A DNA stretch of 55,516 bases, counting the filler, from Sphacelaria rigidula (lineage: Eukaryota): the NCBI GenBank assembly GCA_964200075.2. It is 6 parts of 6 records of this genome, joined end to end, with 100 filler letters (N's around TTAATTAATTAA, not from the genome) between each part and the next. Parts side by side here need not be neighbours in the genome. Positions count along the whole stretch, not along the records: positions 18,542 to 27,711 come from CAXNAA020009133.1; positions 27,812 to 36,980 come from CAXNAA020009134.1; 4 more parts are not named here. One strand, given 5' to 3'. Shown here piece after piece: positions 23,444 through 35,500 of the stretch. The stretch's first letter is position 1; each line of letters begins with the position of its first letter. Below the pieces are notes generated by a model, which ran no database searches, was not told where the DNA came from, and saw only the letters and a program-made list of their open reading frames with translations. The translations under genes were made by a program, and so were the position numbers.

Positions 23444-23736
23444 GTCACATCAGCGATCGCAAGAAGATCCAGAAATGACATCTTCTCTGAAACGATTCCA
23501 GGTACAAGAAAAATTTGCACCTTGTGGTGAAGATAAATAAGGCGAGACAGTCTCTCGAATGGATGCACTCTACGCACGTCATCATTTCATTGGCATATCT
23601 AGAGAACTCTAACATCATCTCTAGAGGGGAACGGTCCGCCGAAGTTCAGGGCGGAGAGAATCATTTAGATGTAGCGTCGCCACCGTCAGCTGCCGGATCT
23701 ACTTGAAGAACAAGCCGCATCAGAACCCGCTCCCAG

Positions 23737-23771
23737 GGTCCTCTAAGCACGCGGTCCTCTCACGCATTACA
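23737..23771. mobile_element. Solo family A TIR
   Basis: ggtcctctaagcacgcggtcctctcacgcattaca. Confidence 0.8.
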
Positions 23772-24931
23772 GCCGTCCAGTCGTGCGCGCTCAGCATCGG
23801 ATGGGGCAGCGAAGACGGCAGAGGCAGCAGCGGCAGTTGGGGCAGCTTTAGGCACTTGAAAAGCCATGGCGCTTGCTGGAAGCGTAGCGGGTTACTCCCA
23901 TACTGTATCACAAGTGAGGTAATCGCGAACACGCAGAAAGTAGGAAATTGGGGCCACCATAACCCGCAATTATTGTTCAATATTCTGTACTTGACAACAA
24001 CTGGTATACAGCGATGGTAAGTTTCTTTTGCAGTTGAAGTAGAAGGACTCTAAAAACCATATGGCAGAAAAAGCGTGGGATGGTCTTGTTGCTAAGGGCA
24101 AAAACTCTACCAAACGAAGACACCACTGCTTATGCGGCAGCTGGATGGCATCACAACGTCATAGGGCCACGACCTTGACGTGTTCGTGACTCAAGTTTAC
24201 CAAAATCGGGACGAAGTTGTTCCCACTGGAGAAGTATTTTCGAAACGCCTGACGGATATCGTGGTTAGTAACGGATGATGTGCTTCGTGGCGGATACTGT
24301 GACCTGTGACGGATATTGATGCTTGGTGACTTCATCACAAGGACACTGAAAATCGTGCTGCGTACACACACCACGTAGTCGGTAATGTATGTTTTGGGTC
24401 ACGGTTAGCCCTACGGGATAACCGAAGTAAAGAGCCACTATTCAAGCCAACACTGAATCTGAAGACGCACATGATGCTTGGTGCTCTCATCACAACCACG
24501 CTAGATGTGACGCACTTGCACTGCGAAATCCGTAGTACGCGTACGCTGGAGGTAGGTAGGGATATCTCCTCTTCAGTCAACATCCCCACCACGATTGGGC
24601 TTGTTCAGTCAAGTGTGACGACATGCATGCTAGCTCAGGAGGTCGCGCCCTGGCCGAGCGTTTGAATGATGGGCTATTGGTAGTTGTTGCCGCGTGGGGG
24701 TCAAAGTATGAGATCAGATCCTGGAAAATGAACAGTTTGCAACGGTGAAAGGCCTGAGGAGAGTGTGGAATGGACGTCAGGCAGACGGACAGACGGACAG
24801 ACGGACAGACGGGCAGACAGAACCAGCTTGATTTTCCGTAATTCTCCAGTGCACTCCTGAAGGATTGTGCTGGCCCATCACGAGCTTGGAGCGGGGGGTA
24901 TACCAAGCGCCAAAGCGAACAAACGTATCAA

Positions 24932-26429
24932 TGTAATGGGCGAGCGGATCGCGTGCGTTTCGGACCGCATCGGAGTTGAAACACCCCTATGGTCAGGAGT
25001 AGAGTTAGGGTCAGTGTTGGTGTTAGTGTTAGTGTCAGGGGTAGAGTCAGGGGCACGGTCCCTGCAAGGACTGGCCCAAGCGATCTTGAAAATGTCGCAC
25101 ACGCGGCCATTTTGCTACCCTCAAAAATCCGCCCACACTAAAATTGACCCCTCCAGAGGGATCAAACGGCTTCGGGGGGTTTTTTCCCTCTGAAGCGGTA
25201 GATGTTCATGCGGGGGAGTTTCAGTGTTGTTCCTTTCCAGTAATATTGAGGCGGTATTTTTGAATAATAGGCGTCTCAACACAGCACACCAGACGTCTGA
25301 TGATACTGAAAGTTGACGCACGAGTGTACTGAAGCCGCAGGTAGGTGTTGACGCAGTAATTTCGTAGACCCAAGACCTTTTGTGCGCTGCTTCAAAGGAT
25401 GATTATGCATGATGCTGCAGCGATTCCAAAAACAAGAACACTTTCTGATGACAGTTCAGAAGGGTAACGATATGGAATCCACGCGGAGGGAGGAGTAGAT
25501 CTTGCCATCCTTGCTGTTTACACCGGCCCCCTGTTGGTCGAGGCTGGCACCAAGGCGGGAAAAAACCACCAGTTAAGGTTTTCCATATGTTTGAGGCAGA
25601 TGCCCTTAATTTTTATACGCCGTGCCGAGCAAGACGCGGCCGCACGACGCAGCTAAGGAGAAGAGTGCCTCCTGTCAAAGACCACTGTGGACCTGTTCGG
25701 GCAGGGGGCAACGCCTCCCTCACAGTGCCAGACTAAGCGTGGCCATCACCACGACGGTCTGAGAATGACAGGGGCAGTTGATGTAGTTTTCTTTCTATCA
25801 GAATCAATCGGATACTCTTCGGAGGTGTGCTCCCACGTAAAGATATTCACCTTTCCCTGGCAGGTGCGTGATCGCCTTTGTGCAGAACTTTCACTCGGTT
25901 CCAGAATAGGACAGGGTGCGACTTGCATTTTCTTTTATGTTTTTTCACTGATGGATCGCGGGTATTCCAGCCCTGCCGAGGCGTGGCTCGCATCGTACAG
26001 TCCGCACTACGGTACTCGTTGTACTGGCACCAGGAACACACAGTGTCAACTTCGTCGGGTATTACCGTGCGCAAATACATATCGAGAAAGAAGCCGTACC
26101 CTCTTTCGTAGTGATATGCATCCTTCCCCATCCGGCTGCCAAACGCGAGAATGCTGGTCTGTAGCGCCAGGTATTGATGCTGATGTGGAGACGTCTCTTC
26201 CAAGAACGTCTGCTTCTCTAGTCTCACCATATGTTTTTAGTCCTCAGAGTATGACCGTCCAATTAACGCCGCGGATAATGGATTATAATTTCAGTACAAT
26301 GTCTCCATAATATTGAAAAGGAACAACTCTGGTTTTGGGCAGTATAGCCAAATGGCCGCGTTTGCTGTTCCGGGGTGATCTTGAAGTCCGGTGCGGTCCA
26401 AAAAGCACGCGGTCCGCTCACGCATGACA
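24932..26429 (-). mobile_element. Older family A MITE split by a 1.27-kb family B insertion
   Basis: Family A pieces at 24932-25097 and 26365-26429 flank the family B element. Confidence 0.75.
25098..26364. mobile_element. Long family B TIR element with coding-like interior
   Basis: Ends cacacgcggccattttgcta / tagccaaatggccgcgtttg. Confidence 0.75.
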
Positions 26430-26466
26430 CCGAACTGAAAAGCCACGAAGACAAAAACTAAACTGC

Positions 26467-26677
26467 TGTAATGCGTGAGAGGACCGCGTGCTTCGAGGGC
26501 CGCATCGGAATTTGAGCACCTGTATGGTTAGGGTTGGGGTCCGGATTAGTGTTGGGGCTAGGGTCAGGAGCGTGGTCCCTGAAGGGACTGGACCGATTGG
26601 TGGTGAAAAACGTCAATCCTGGGGTGTTTCGACCTACGACGCGGTCCTCGAAGCACGCGGTCCTCTCACGCATTACA
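26467..26677 (-). mobile_element. Family A MITE (211 bp), 4-bp TSD CTGC
   Basis: TIRs; ctgc on both flanks. Confidence 0.9.
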
Positions 26678-27115
26678 CTGCTAAAATCTGCAACGACTAC
26701 TTTCAATTGTCGATATCTTGTTACTATACTGTTCTGTCGCCAGCGCACTCAGGCTCTGCACAGCATCGGGAAACCGAACCCTATCCCCCTCACCCTCCCT
26801 TCCCCTCACCATCGTATGTTTACAGGCTCCTGAAAGCTGGGAACTAACTATTTTTGTGGGAACACGCACAGAACCACGGGATCGAAGATATGCAAAATGG
26901 TATTATCCCTAAAAGGCACTGAGACTCAAGGCCCCAAAAAGAGGTTGCGGGCCGTTTTCCCATGGGCTACAGTATGACGCTTCACATTTGAGGCTAGAAG
27001 TTGTTTTCCCTCCGGCCCAAAAGGCCAAAAAAACTGTTCGTGGTCTTTCAGAAGACGCAGTAGCCCACAGGGGGCTAAATTGATTTATTCCATGCGCACT
27101 TTTCCGGTTGAGTCA

Positions 27116-27452
27116 CACACGCGGCCGTTTGGCTAGCTCCAAGATACCTCCGGGTGGATACACTTTTCGAGCCTCCATCCAGAGGAATTAAACGCCTCCG
27201 GAGGGGTGCGCGGCCCTCCACAGAAGATTTTTTGGTTTCCTCCAGAGGGAATAAACGCCTACGGAGGCTTATTCTTGCCTCTGGAGGGCCGCGCATACCC
27301 CCAAATTCCTCCGGAAGGGTGCGCGGCCCTCCGGGTCGGTAGAATTTGGTTTCCTCCAGAGGGATGGAAAGCCTCCGGAGGCTTGTTTTCACCCTGGAGG
27401 GCCGGGCATCCCTCCGGAGGCATTTTTGGATGTAGCCAAATGGACGCTTGTG
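27116..27452. mobile_element. Family B MITE (337 bp), CAC...GTG ends, many CCTCCGGAGG/CCTCCAGAGG subrepeats
   Basis: TIRs cacacgcggccgtttggcta / tagccaaatggacgcttgtg; possible 2-bp TSD CA. Confidence 0.8.
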
Positions 27453-29112
27453 CATGCCACGATGGGGGAGGAGGGGAGGGGGGGGGCGCGTTTCGTCCAC
27501 CAAGTCCTACTTGGAATCGACGTTTACAGCAGCAACGAACAGCCGATCCTGATTTTTGGGGTTGAAACATAAAATGAGGTTGAAGTCCCATTTCTCTATT
27601 GCAGGGAAGATACGAAAGAGTAACACAGAGCGAAAGTATCTTCCCCCCCCAAACTCCGCGGGAGGGCTTAACCGTCAGACCGCGAGAGTAAGTCACCTGC
27701 TGAATCGGCATNNNNNNNNNNNNNNNNNNNNNNNNNNNNNNNNNNNNNNNNNNNNTTAATTAATTAANNNNNNNNNNNNNNNNNNNNNNNNNNNNNNNNN
27801 NNNNNNNNNNNCCCCCCACACACACACACCTTAGTGCACCGTAGCGAAAGAGAGGCATATAATCAACATGGTGAAACGGCTATTATAAGGCAAGCAACTA
27901 AAAAGTACGCCCTCCCGCCCCCCCCCCCAAGAAAAAATAAATATACGGCACTGCCGATCATTCTGATGGGGTTCTGCGGCTGAAGGATCAATTATAGTTG
28001 GGTCACGCTCGACTGTCTCAGTCACGGTATGTGTGGATAGATAGGAGGTGTTTTTTTATTATCATGTTGGGCAAGTATATGTCGAGTGTAGTGGCGGAAT
28101 CAAGGTGTTTCGGAGTCCTCATTTCTGACGTGTAGTCTCTGTTTTCACTTGATTTTGACGCAGGTACGTATACGATGTAAATTACGGCTCTCGTGAATAT
28201 CCACGTACAGCCTGAGTGTTTCGAGTCTAAGTATTCTCGACCGACGTGTTTCTGTTTCGCTTGAACCCCTGCCCCCTTCGCCCCGGGCCGTCGTAGCTCG
28301 GAAGTTGTCCTTTAGGATGAATCGCGAAGAATCGGGACTGTCGGTCGGTGCGTTTTTCCCGGGGGAAGCTTCTGCATTTCCCATGTATACACAGCCCCAC
28401 AACTATTGTAGGGTACGATTGCGGAGATCGACATGCTATCATGGTGTCCGTCGTCGTTGCAAATTCGCCGCCTGTTATTGGGGATAGTTGCGCCGCGCAT
28501 CATCACCTGTCTTAGTTCCGAGGTGCCCCTTTGCCCAGTGGATACAGAGCTGTATGTACGTTGTTGACGTATTCTCAGCTATGTAGTGATGATAACTGCT
28601 CGAGCTGAAACATTGTGCTATTATGTTATAGTGACAAGGGCAAACTGCAATATACACATCCGTCGAGATAACGGTAGTTCGACAGCGGGGCCTGTCGCCT
28701 GCTACATAGACATCACTTTATCTTTTTTCAGCATCTTTGTGAAAACGTCGAACGTGAGGTCAAGTGAAGTGATCTGCAATTATACTACGAGATGGACGAC
28801 GAGACGGGGAGGAGGGGAGGTTACGCAAACTCACCGTCAATTCGCCAGTGGTCGACATCGTACTCTTCTAGAATAAATGCTGAATACCACGTGTGTCCCC
28901 GTATCGCCCCCAATACACAACGAAACCACCTGTGCCGGAAATCCTCGGGCAAGAGGGACTGCACCTTTTGAGAGTATGCTCTCTTTTCATCTATCCAGGC
29001 GCATTCCTTGATTGTTCATTCCCAGTTGGGTCTCCGTTAAAAAAACGATGAACAACTTTCGACACGTACGTCAAGGATCGGAACGACGCAGGACCTGTGG
29101 TTGATTCACGTA

Positions 29113-29114
<2 letters not shown>

Positions 29115-29162
<48 letters not shown>
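29115..29162. repeat. (CTG)n microsatellite
   Basis: About 16 uninterrupted CTG units. Confidence 0.95.
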
Positions 29163-29164
<2 letters not shown>

Positions 29165-29672
29165 AGTATTAAACAAGCATATACGCTTTGAGAACGCGTG
29201 ATGAGTAACAACATCCAACATGTATTTAGCGTTCATTTACATGAATGCGTACTTTGAAGGTGTACAAGACCATGGGAGTAAGTAAGTGCACTTCTTGTTG
29301 TGGGGAAGCAAAAAAAGTTCGCTGCCCGAGATTGCCTATTTTGAGCGCTGGGCAACATTTTTCGCGTAAATATGGCCAGGGGGAGTAATGTCACCTCGAC
29401 ATGACTTACAACTTGCCCCACAGCGTGGAAGCCTCCGGCATATATATTACTACGTAGTATAAAACTTACTGCCCACGACTAGTTCGAGTTTTGGGTGAAA
29501 CACAGTAAATCACGCAAAAATTGCACATTCTCCCCGAAATATGCCGTCAGGTAAATAGCACTTATTGCTTTCCTCTTTTTAAAAACACTCGCTCCCGTTT
29601 CAGTCCGTTCCCACAATAATAAGTGGAATGAGTAAACGAAAAAATATATCTAGGATATCAAGGTAATGGTAA

Positions 29673-29851
29673 GGCCACCTCTTATCTGAGAGTTTGAAAT
29701 TTTTATTTTGCAACAATTTCAGAGGATTTTTTTTCTTTGTCATCATGGTGAACGGGTACAAAATACACAACTGCTGCAAAGAAGAAAAAACTCCTCTGTT
29801 TCAGAAACTGTTGCAGAATAAAATTTAAAACGCTCCCATAAGAGTTGGGCC
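29673..29851. repeat. Imperfect inverted repeat (hairpin)
   Basis: ggccacctcttat...ttttattttgcaaca...agaggattttttttctttg pairs with caaagaagaaaaaactcctct...tgttgcagaataaaa...ataagagttgggcc. Confidence 0.75.
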
Positions 29852-29881
29852 ACTACTTCCGGGTGAGAAAAAAGTCATGTC

Positions 29882-30289
29882 GAAAACTGCCTTTTCGGCC
29901 CTTCTCCGTCGTTCCATGCCCGAAAAGAGGGCTTTAGGCGGATGTTTGACCCCTTGGGATGACCTGCTCTCTACTCGTTGAAAAGGTTGCAGGACACAAA
30001 TAAATTTCGTTTTCCGGTGGCCGCAGGTTTGTTATTGGCCAAGACTACATTCTCAATGACGAAGAATGGTCAAGCTATTTTTTCCATCATTTTTTTTGTA
30101 TCCATGATGAAAAAAAATGACCCTTTGTTATTGGCAATGCAAGTTTGGCGAAAAACAAAACTGCGGCCACCGGAAAACGATGTCCTGGAACCGTCTCAAC
30201 GAGTAGAGAGCAGGTTATTCCAAGGGATCATCCGCCCAGCCCTCTTCTTGGGCGTATAACGACGGAGAAGGGCCAAGAAGGCAGTTTTC
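29882..30289. repeat. ~408-bp foldback (long imperfect palindrome, centre ~30095)
   Basis: Arms pair throughout, e.g. cccttctccgtcgtt/aacgacggagaaggg, acctgctctctactcgttga/tcaacgagtagagagcaggt, cgttttccggtggccgcag/ctgcggccaccggaaaacg. Confidence 0.9.
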
Positions 30290-32446
30290 AATAATATATA
30301 TTTTTTCACACATGATGAGAAGTTGCCTCTCATAGTAAACCCAGCAAAATGTACACGCACTCACGCAGAAGAAGGGAGTCCGAGGCCGTCCGAGGTACTA
30401 CTGTAGTTCTAGCAGGGGCATCTCGAACTCGAGGTTCTCGACATAATCAACTGAAAATAACTTTCAACATACCCGGAATATCGAGTTTAATCAAGATACC
30501 TCTTCTAACAAGAATGAAATTTACATTGAAATATACCGGGAATCTCGAGTTTCGAGATACCTCAAATGATGCGTTTCAATTTGCCCTGACTCAATTTCCC
30601 TACAGTTTTCAAGTCTTGCGCCACCTGGTTATGTCACCTGTTGAATCGGCATCACTTTTACCTCAAAAATGAGTCCGAGATGCAGGTCGCCAACCTGGTT
30701 ATATCCGATGGTAGCGCCCAAGGGTCCACTAGCAGTCAGTAGAGTTTACCACTCGGTAGTCAACAGATAGTTCTCGGAAATTTCACCTCTCCACTAGAGG
30801 CATCTAGAACTGACTATACACACGAGACAACAAATTGTCATCCGGATCGGGTATACTTTTTTCAAGTGACTGTTGATGCCGATTCAGCAGGTCACCAACC
30901 TTGCGAGTCTGTCACAGGCTCACACTCACTAACTTACAGTCAAAAGTCTAACTAACCCGTTTCGAGCCCCTCACTTTCTCTGCAGAATCTCACCATATAC
31001 TACACTGATATTCCCGCCAGTCTACGGAAGGCCTTTTCCATCACCGAGTGAACATCTATATCTTTGGTATTTGTGCATAGCGCCACTAGGACACAGGTGC
31101 TTGATATGAATTGACAAAACAAAGTTTCAGCCAATAGGCGCAATGTAGCCCATTGCGCATGGTCAAGGGTAAAAGAGTGAAAGAGTGCATGGTTTTTGTT
31201 CTGTTCATGCATAATTTTGCGCGCGTCGATATGTTTCCATATACAACAATCAATTCACAGAATAGTGGCGTGGCATACGCAAGATTCAAATGGACTCCTT
31301 CGGTCAAGGCTTCAACCATTTACACCCGAAACCCGAAAGGGCGGGTCATTTATCGAATCGGCATCATTTTCATCCGGAGGTACCTCTCGACAGAGTTGTT
31401 TGCGTCTTGACTGCGAAGAAGCAGCTTATGGAATTCATGAGCTAGCCCCAACTCACCACCACTTTTACGTATGATTACGTTCGTATACCGTTGATCGTAC
31501 AAAAATCATCTACCTCAAACTCTCCGTGGCCGAAGGGATAGTTTAGCCCTTTGGCCACCAGGATGGATCATATGCTCTTGTTATGATATTTCGTCAGTGA
31601 AAGTGATGCCGATTCACCACATAATGGTCTGGGTCTCAACGGTTAACCCTTTCACCGCGAAGCTTCAGGAAGCTTGATTTCAGAATCATTCATGTCAAAA
31701 TAATGACAATTACTCATCATTCAAAGGGTCGGCCCTTTGATCGCCGGGGTTTGACCTGGTAACCCGCTCCTTGAGAGTCAGCAGGGCGAATCATGAGTTA
31801 AATCGGCATCATTCTCACGTGAAATATCACTTGAAGACACTGGCTCAACCGGGCGTCAGAAGACTGACTACCAGGTGTGCGAGATGTTTTCTACAAGGGC
31901 ATTTATTGACCAAAAAAATCATAATAGTACACGATGTGGTGCATTGGCATACATCCCTGGACTCAAATGGACTACTCCGCGGTCAGGATGATGAGCCTTG
32001 ACGACGGCAGTAGTCGTTTCGGGATGTTTACTGCAGGAGATTCTATACTGGAAAATATAAAATATATCAAGTGAAAAACTTGTTGTTCGCATTGGCATAC
32101 GTGAGATTCAAAATAGTATCTCCGATATCATTTGGCCTCGTCAGATGGTCGATTGTCGATGTTAGATGTTAGATGGATGTTTCGCCTTCCAAACTGCGCA
32201 CACACCGACCAACTGAAGTGGTAACGGAAAACACTTCCAGACCCCTCGAAAAATTTGGTCGTTTCCGACACACGAGGTTAGGTTGAGGGTGTTGGGTGTT
32301 CATCTCTTGCGTCCACGTTTATTATAAACGCTGCCCACACATAACTGAACAAGACGAACTGGGTTGTCCAAACGACGAAGTACTTGAAGACTTCGGCAAG
32401 GTATTTTCAGATAAACAAGAGCATCACTGACCCGGAATTCACGAGA

Positions 32447-32590
32447 ATGGACAACAATGGATCGAGTCAGCCGTGGAGTATCCCGTCGGGCGGCGGCGGC
32501 CCAGGCAGTCAGCCGCCGAGCGGTCGCCAACAACAACAAACTAGGCCGGAGAATCAGTGGGTCTTCAGGAAATGCAATCACTGCAATGAG
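32447..32590 (+). CDS. Possible first exon of a small Zn-ribbon protein
   Basis: MDNNGSSQPWSIPSGGGGPGSQPPSGRQQQQTRPENQWVFRKCNHCNE, then GAG|gtga; read-through gives CNHC-x7-CFFC. Confidence 0.3.
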
Positions 32591-35500
32591 GTGATCGCTC
32601 TTCGCTGTTTCTTTTGTCCGTCTGTTCGACGTCGTGTTTCACTGTCGTCGTCATTATTGGTAACCGCTGTCGCCTCTGTTCACACTCTTGCGGTATTGTA
32701 GACGTGTTTCGTGTGGTTTCAGTCTCTGAGGGTGTCTGTTTTCTATCAAAATGCTATGGCGCTTTAGGCAGGGCAGTACAATTGCAATGCAGTGTCGCAG
32801 TCTGTACGCTACATTGACAGAAACGAGGAACCAAGAGCCTGATCGGTATTTTCTCGTGCTGTGGGGACTGTATATTGCTTTCGTTTGAGTTTGGCGTAGC
32901 TCATCAGTCTCATCGTACACACAATGATAAATGGCTTGAAGGTGAAAGTTGTGGTTATCATGCATGTCAAGGTGCACGGCGGACAGGGCTCAAGCTGTGA
33001 TGTCCCTGTCGCCATGGAGAACGTATGTAGCAGCGGTCGTTCCAGATGCAGCACCGTACGGACTGACTGTCCTGCATATCCAAAACTATGAGTTTGATTC
33101 AGCCGTAAAAAACGGAATATTGCTGTCCACCTGTAAACCTTGAGGAGTGCATCGAAAGACCCCGAACAGGAAGACATGGGGACGATGCCAGTCTTGGATC
33201 GAGACACACGGAGCCCAACACAACTGTAGTTCCCGTGACTGTGCGCCATGAAATCTGCGGCCATCCTGCGCCTATCACGCTGCCTCTCGGAATTGATGTC
33301 GTCACAGTGACTGTACATCTTGATATTTTCTTACAGGGCGGAGTTTGCATGGTGTACGATTCACGCGCGATTTCACGGGTTTCACATGAAAAACCATGAA
33401 ACACGATCATTGAACCATGTTTCGTGTCTGTCCGAAGGTCAAGCAGATGGTACGTAGTGCTGTGGCTGCCAATAATTCTACATGCACGTGAAATCCGTGC
33501 AATCATGAGTACGTCGCGTGTGTTGCACTTGAGTCAAGAGGTTGGACTCGTGATCCTTACTGTGATGTAAAACACCTCGTCTGCTGGGTAGGGGGAGCGT
33601 TGTTGGGCTCTAAGCTGTCTCTTGTTCCTTTTTGCACTACAAGAACAGGGTACATGCATGTGTGTGAAGGCGCACGGAGATCAGTTTGAATGAAGGAGCG
33701 TGGTTTGTCAATGTTAGTATGAGAGTCAGAATTATTACAAAAATTACGAAGTATTTCATGGTCCAAAAAGAAGTGGCGAGGCATCAGACCCACACCCAGA
33801 CAACATCAAGTCATAGACTTCTTTTGAGCCTCTCCCCTACCTCCCTCCCCCTCAACCTCCCTTCTACCCCCCAGCCGTGTCATCAGACGCCGAAGAGACG
33901 GCCTTAATGAACCCCCCCCCCGCTTGCCCACTTAACCGCCTTGAAGCAGGGGGGGTTTTACAGCACGACTGACTATCGTCACCACAGGGCATTTTCAGCA
34001 GGGGGCCTGCGTGACGTCCACTCTTTTGCCCGCTGTTTGTCGGTATGCCTGTTTTTCTTTTTCGCGTGCCGCCCGCCTGGTGAAGCCCCGCCATTCTATC
34101 CCTCCTTTCAAAACGAATACAACCATCAAGGAGAGGCTGCCTCTGCTTCGATCAGTATTCCCCAACGAATTAGGTGGCTGTCTTAGAACGCTGCGTTTTC
34201 TTCCTTAGGGTAGTCATCTCTGCTGTTGCTTTCCCGTGGGTTGTAAATCTATGGAGAAGAGCGCATTATTGCGCTGTATGATGATTGATGCTTGTAAACG
34301 AGCTTCCGCGGAGCGAAATAAAATTGTTTCCCCGCTGCAGCGTTTGCGGCTGTGGAGACCACGGGGATGGTCAAGTTACATTCACAAGATATGGCTAATT
34401 CAAATGCACAGTCTAGGCGATGGGTTTGACAGCTCTCACGCTCTCACGTTTTCCCTGATCTCTGAATATCATGCATGGTCTCCGGGGCTTTAGTGACTGG
34501 CACGAGACATCAAGCACTACATGGAGACTGCTGTAAACCCGCCGTGGTGCATGCAGTGTACGATGCTGAGGGACCGCTTGTTCTGATACTACTGTGTACA
34601 AAAACACTTGTTTTTAGTGGGAGTACCTACTGTTACGTACGAAAAGGGCGGAAATGGCAACAGTCGGCCTGTTTTTCTGACCACCTACAGTTTTTTGTGG
34701 TCGAAAACAGGGTGACGTTTTCGCGGCACTTCGCTGGCAGCCAGCATAATATCGAGCCAGTACTGCATGTGTTGTACGTGCCCCATGTGCGTGTGCATGT
34801 TCAGCGCTTGTAGCCCTACTCGTTGATGTTCGCATGCGCGCATTATTCTACATACTAGGTCACGAGGTTGTCATTTACGATCGCAGAGACACATTTTTTT
34901 TGTCTCTTTTAGGGTTTCGGCCTCTGGGATGTATGTGCGTTTGTCTCTACAACTTTCCCCCGATGCGCTCTACTGTCTGTAGTACGTCAATATTATTTCG
35001 CCAAGGACATCGCAGAACACCAGTTTAGAGTAGTATAACAGACAACAGTTCCACACAAAAGTACTTTACCATGCAATACGATACGCTCACAGTCAGCAAT
35101 GCATAATTGCATATCTAACTTGCATTGAGGGACTATCCCCATCCACTCACCTGTACACCCACCATCTACAAGAACGAAAGCACGACGCTGGGGCCGTTGT
35201 CGTCTCAACTACGAGCTCTGAAAATCTATGCCACTGTGACATGACAGTCCTGTCAAATCTTGTGCTAACGGCAGGTTCAGGACCGCCCGCCCTCATGAGC
35301 CGAACCGACCCACGAGTGTCGCCCTCACGCAGTGTGCTGTGGTGGAGAGTCAAAGCTTGCCTGTTAGACTGGAGTGTAGACGTGGCGAGCGCAATTCTGG
35401 GCGAGGTTTGAGATTCCATGCGGATAGTACTTGCAACACGAGTTAAGCATAATTATTTGCTGATTCTGAGGCTGGTCGCTACGCGGACGTCTGTATTATC

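Noticed and set aside
33557-33793. ORF ending TRCFTSQ as a missing CPS glutaminase exon
   Set aside because: It lacks the following NHG motif and other GATase context, and it lies on a different contig.
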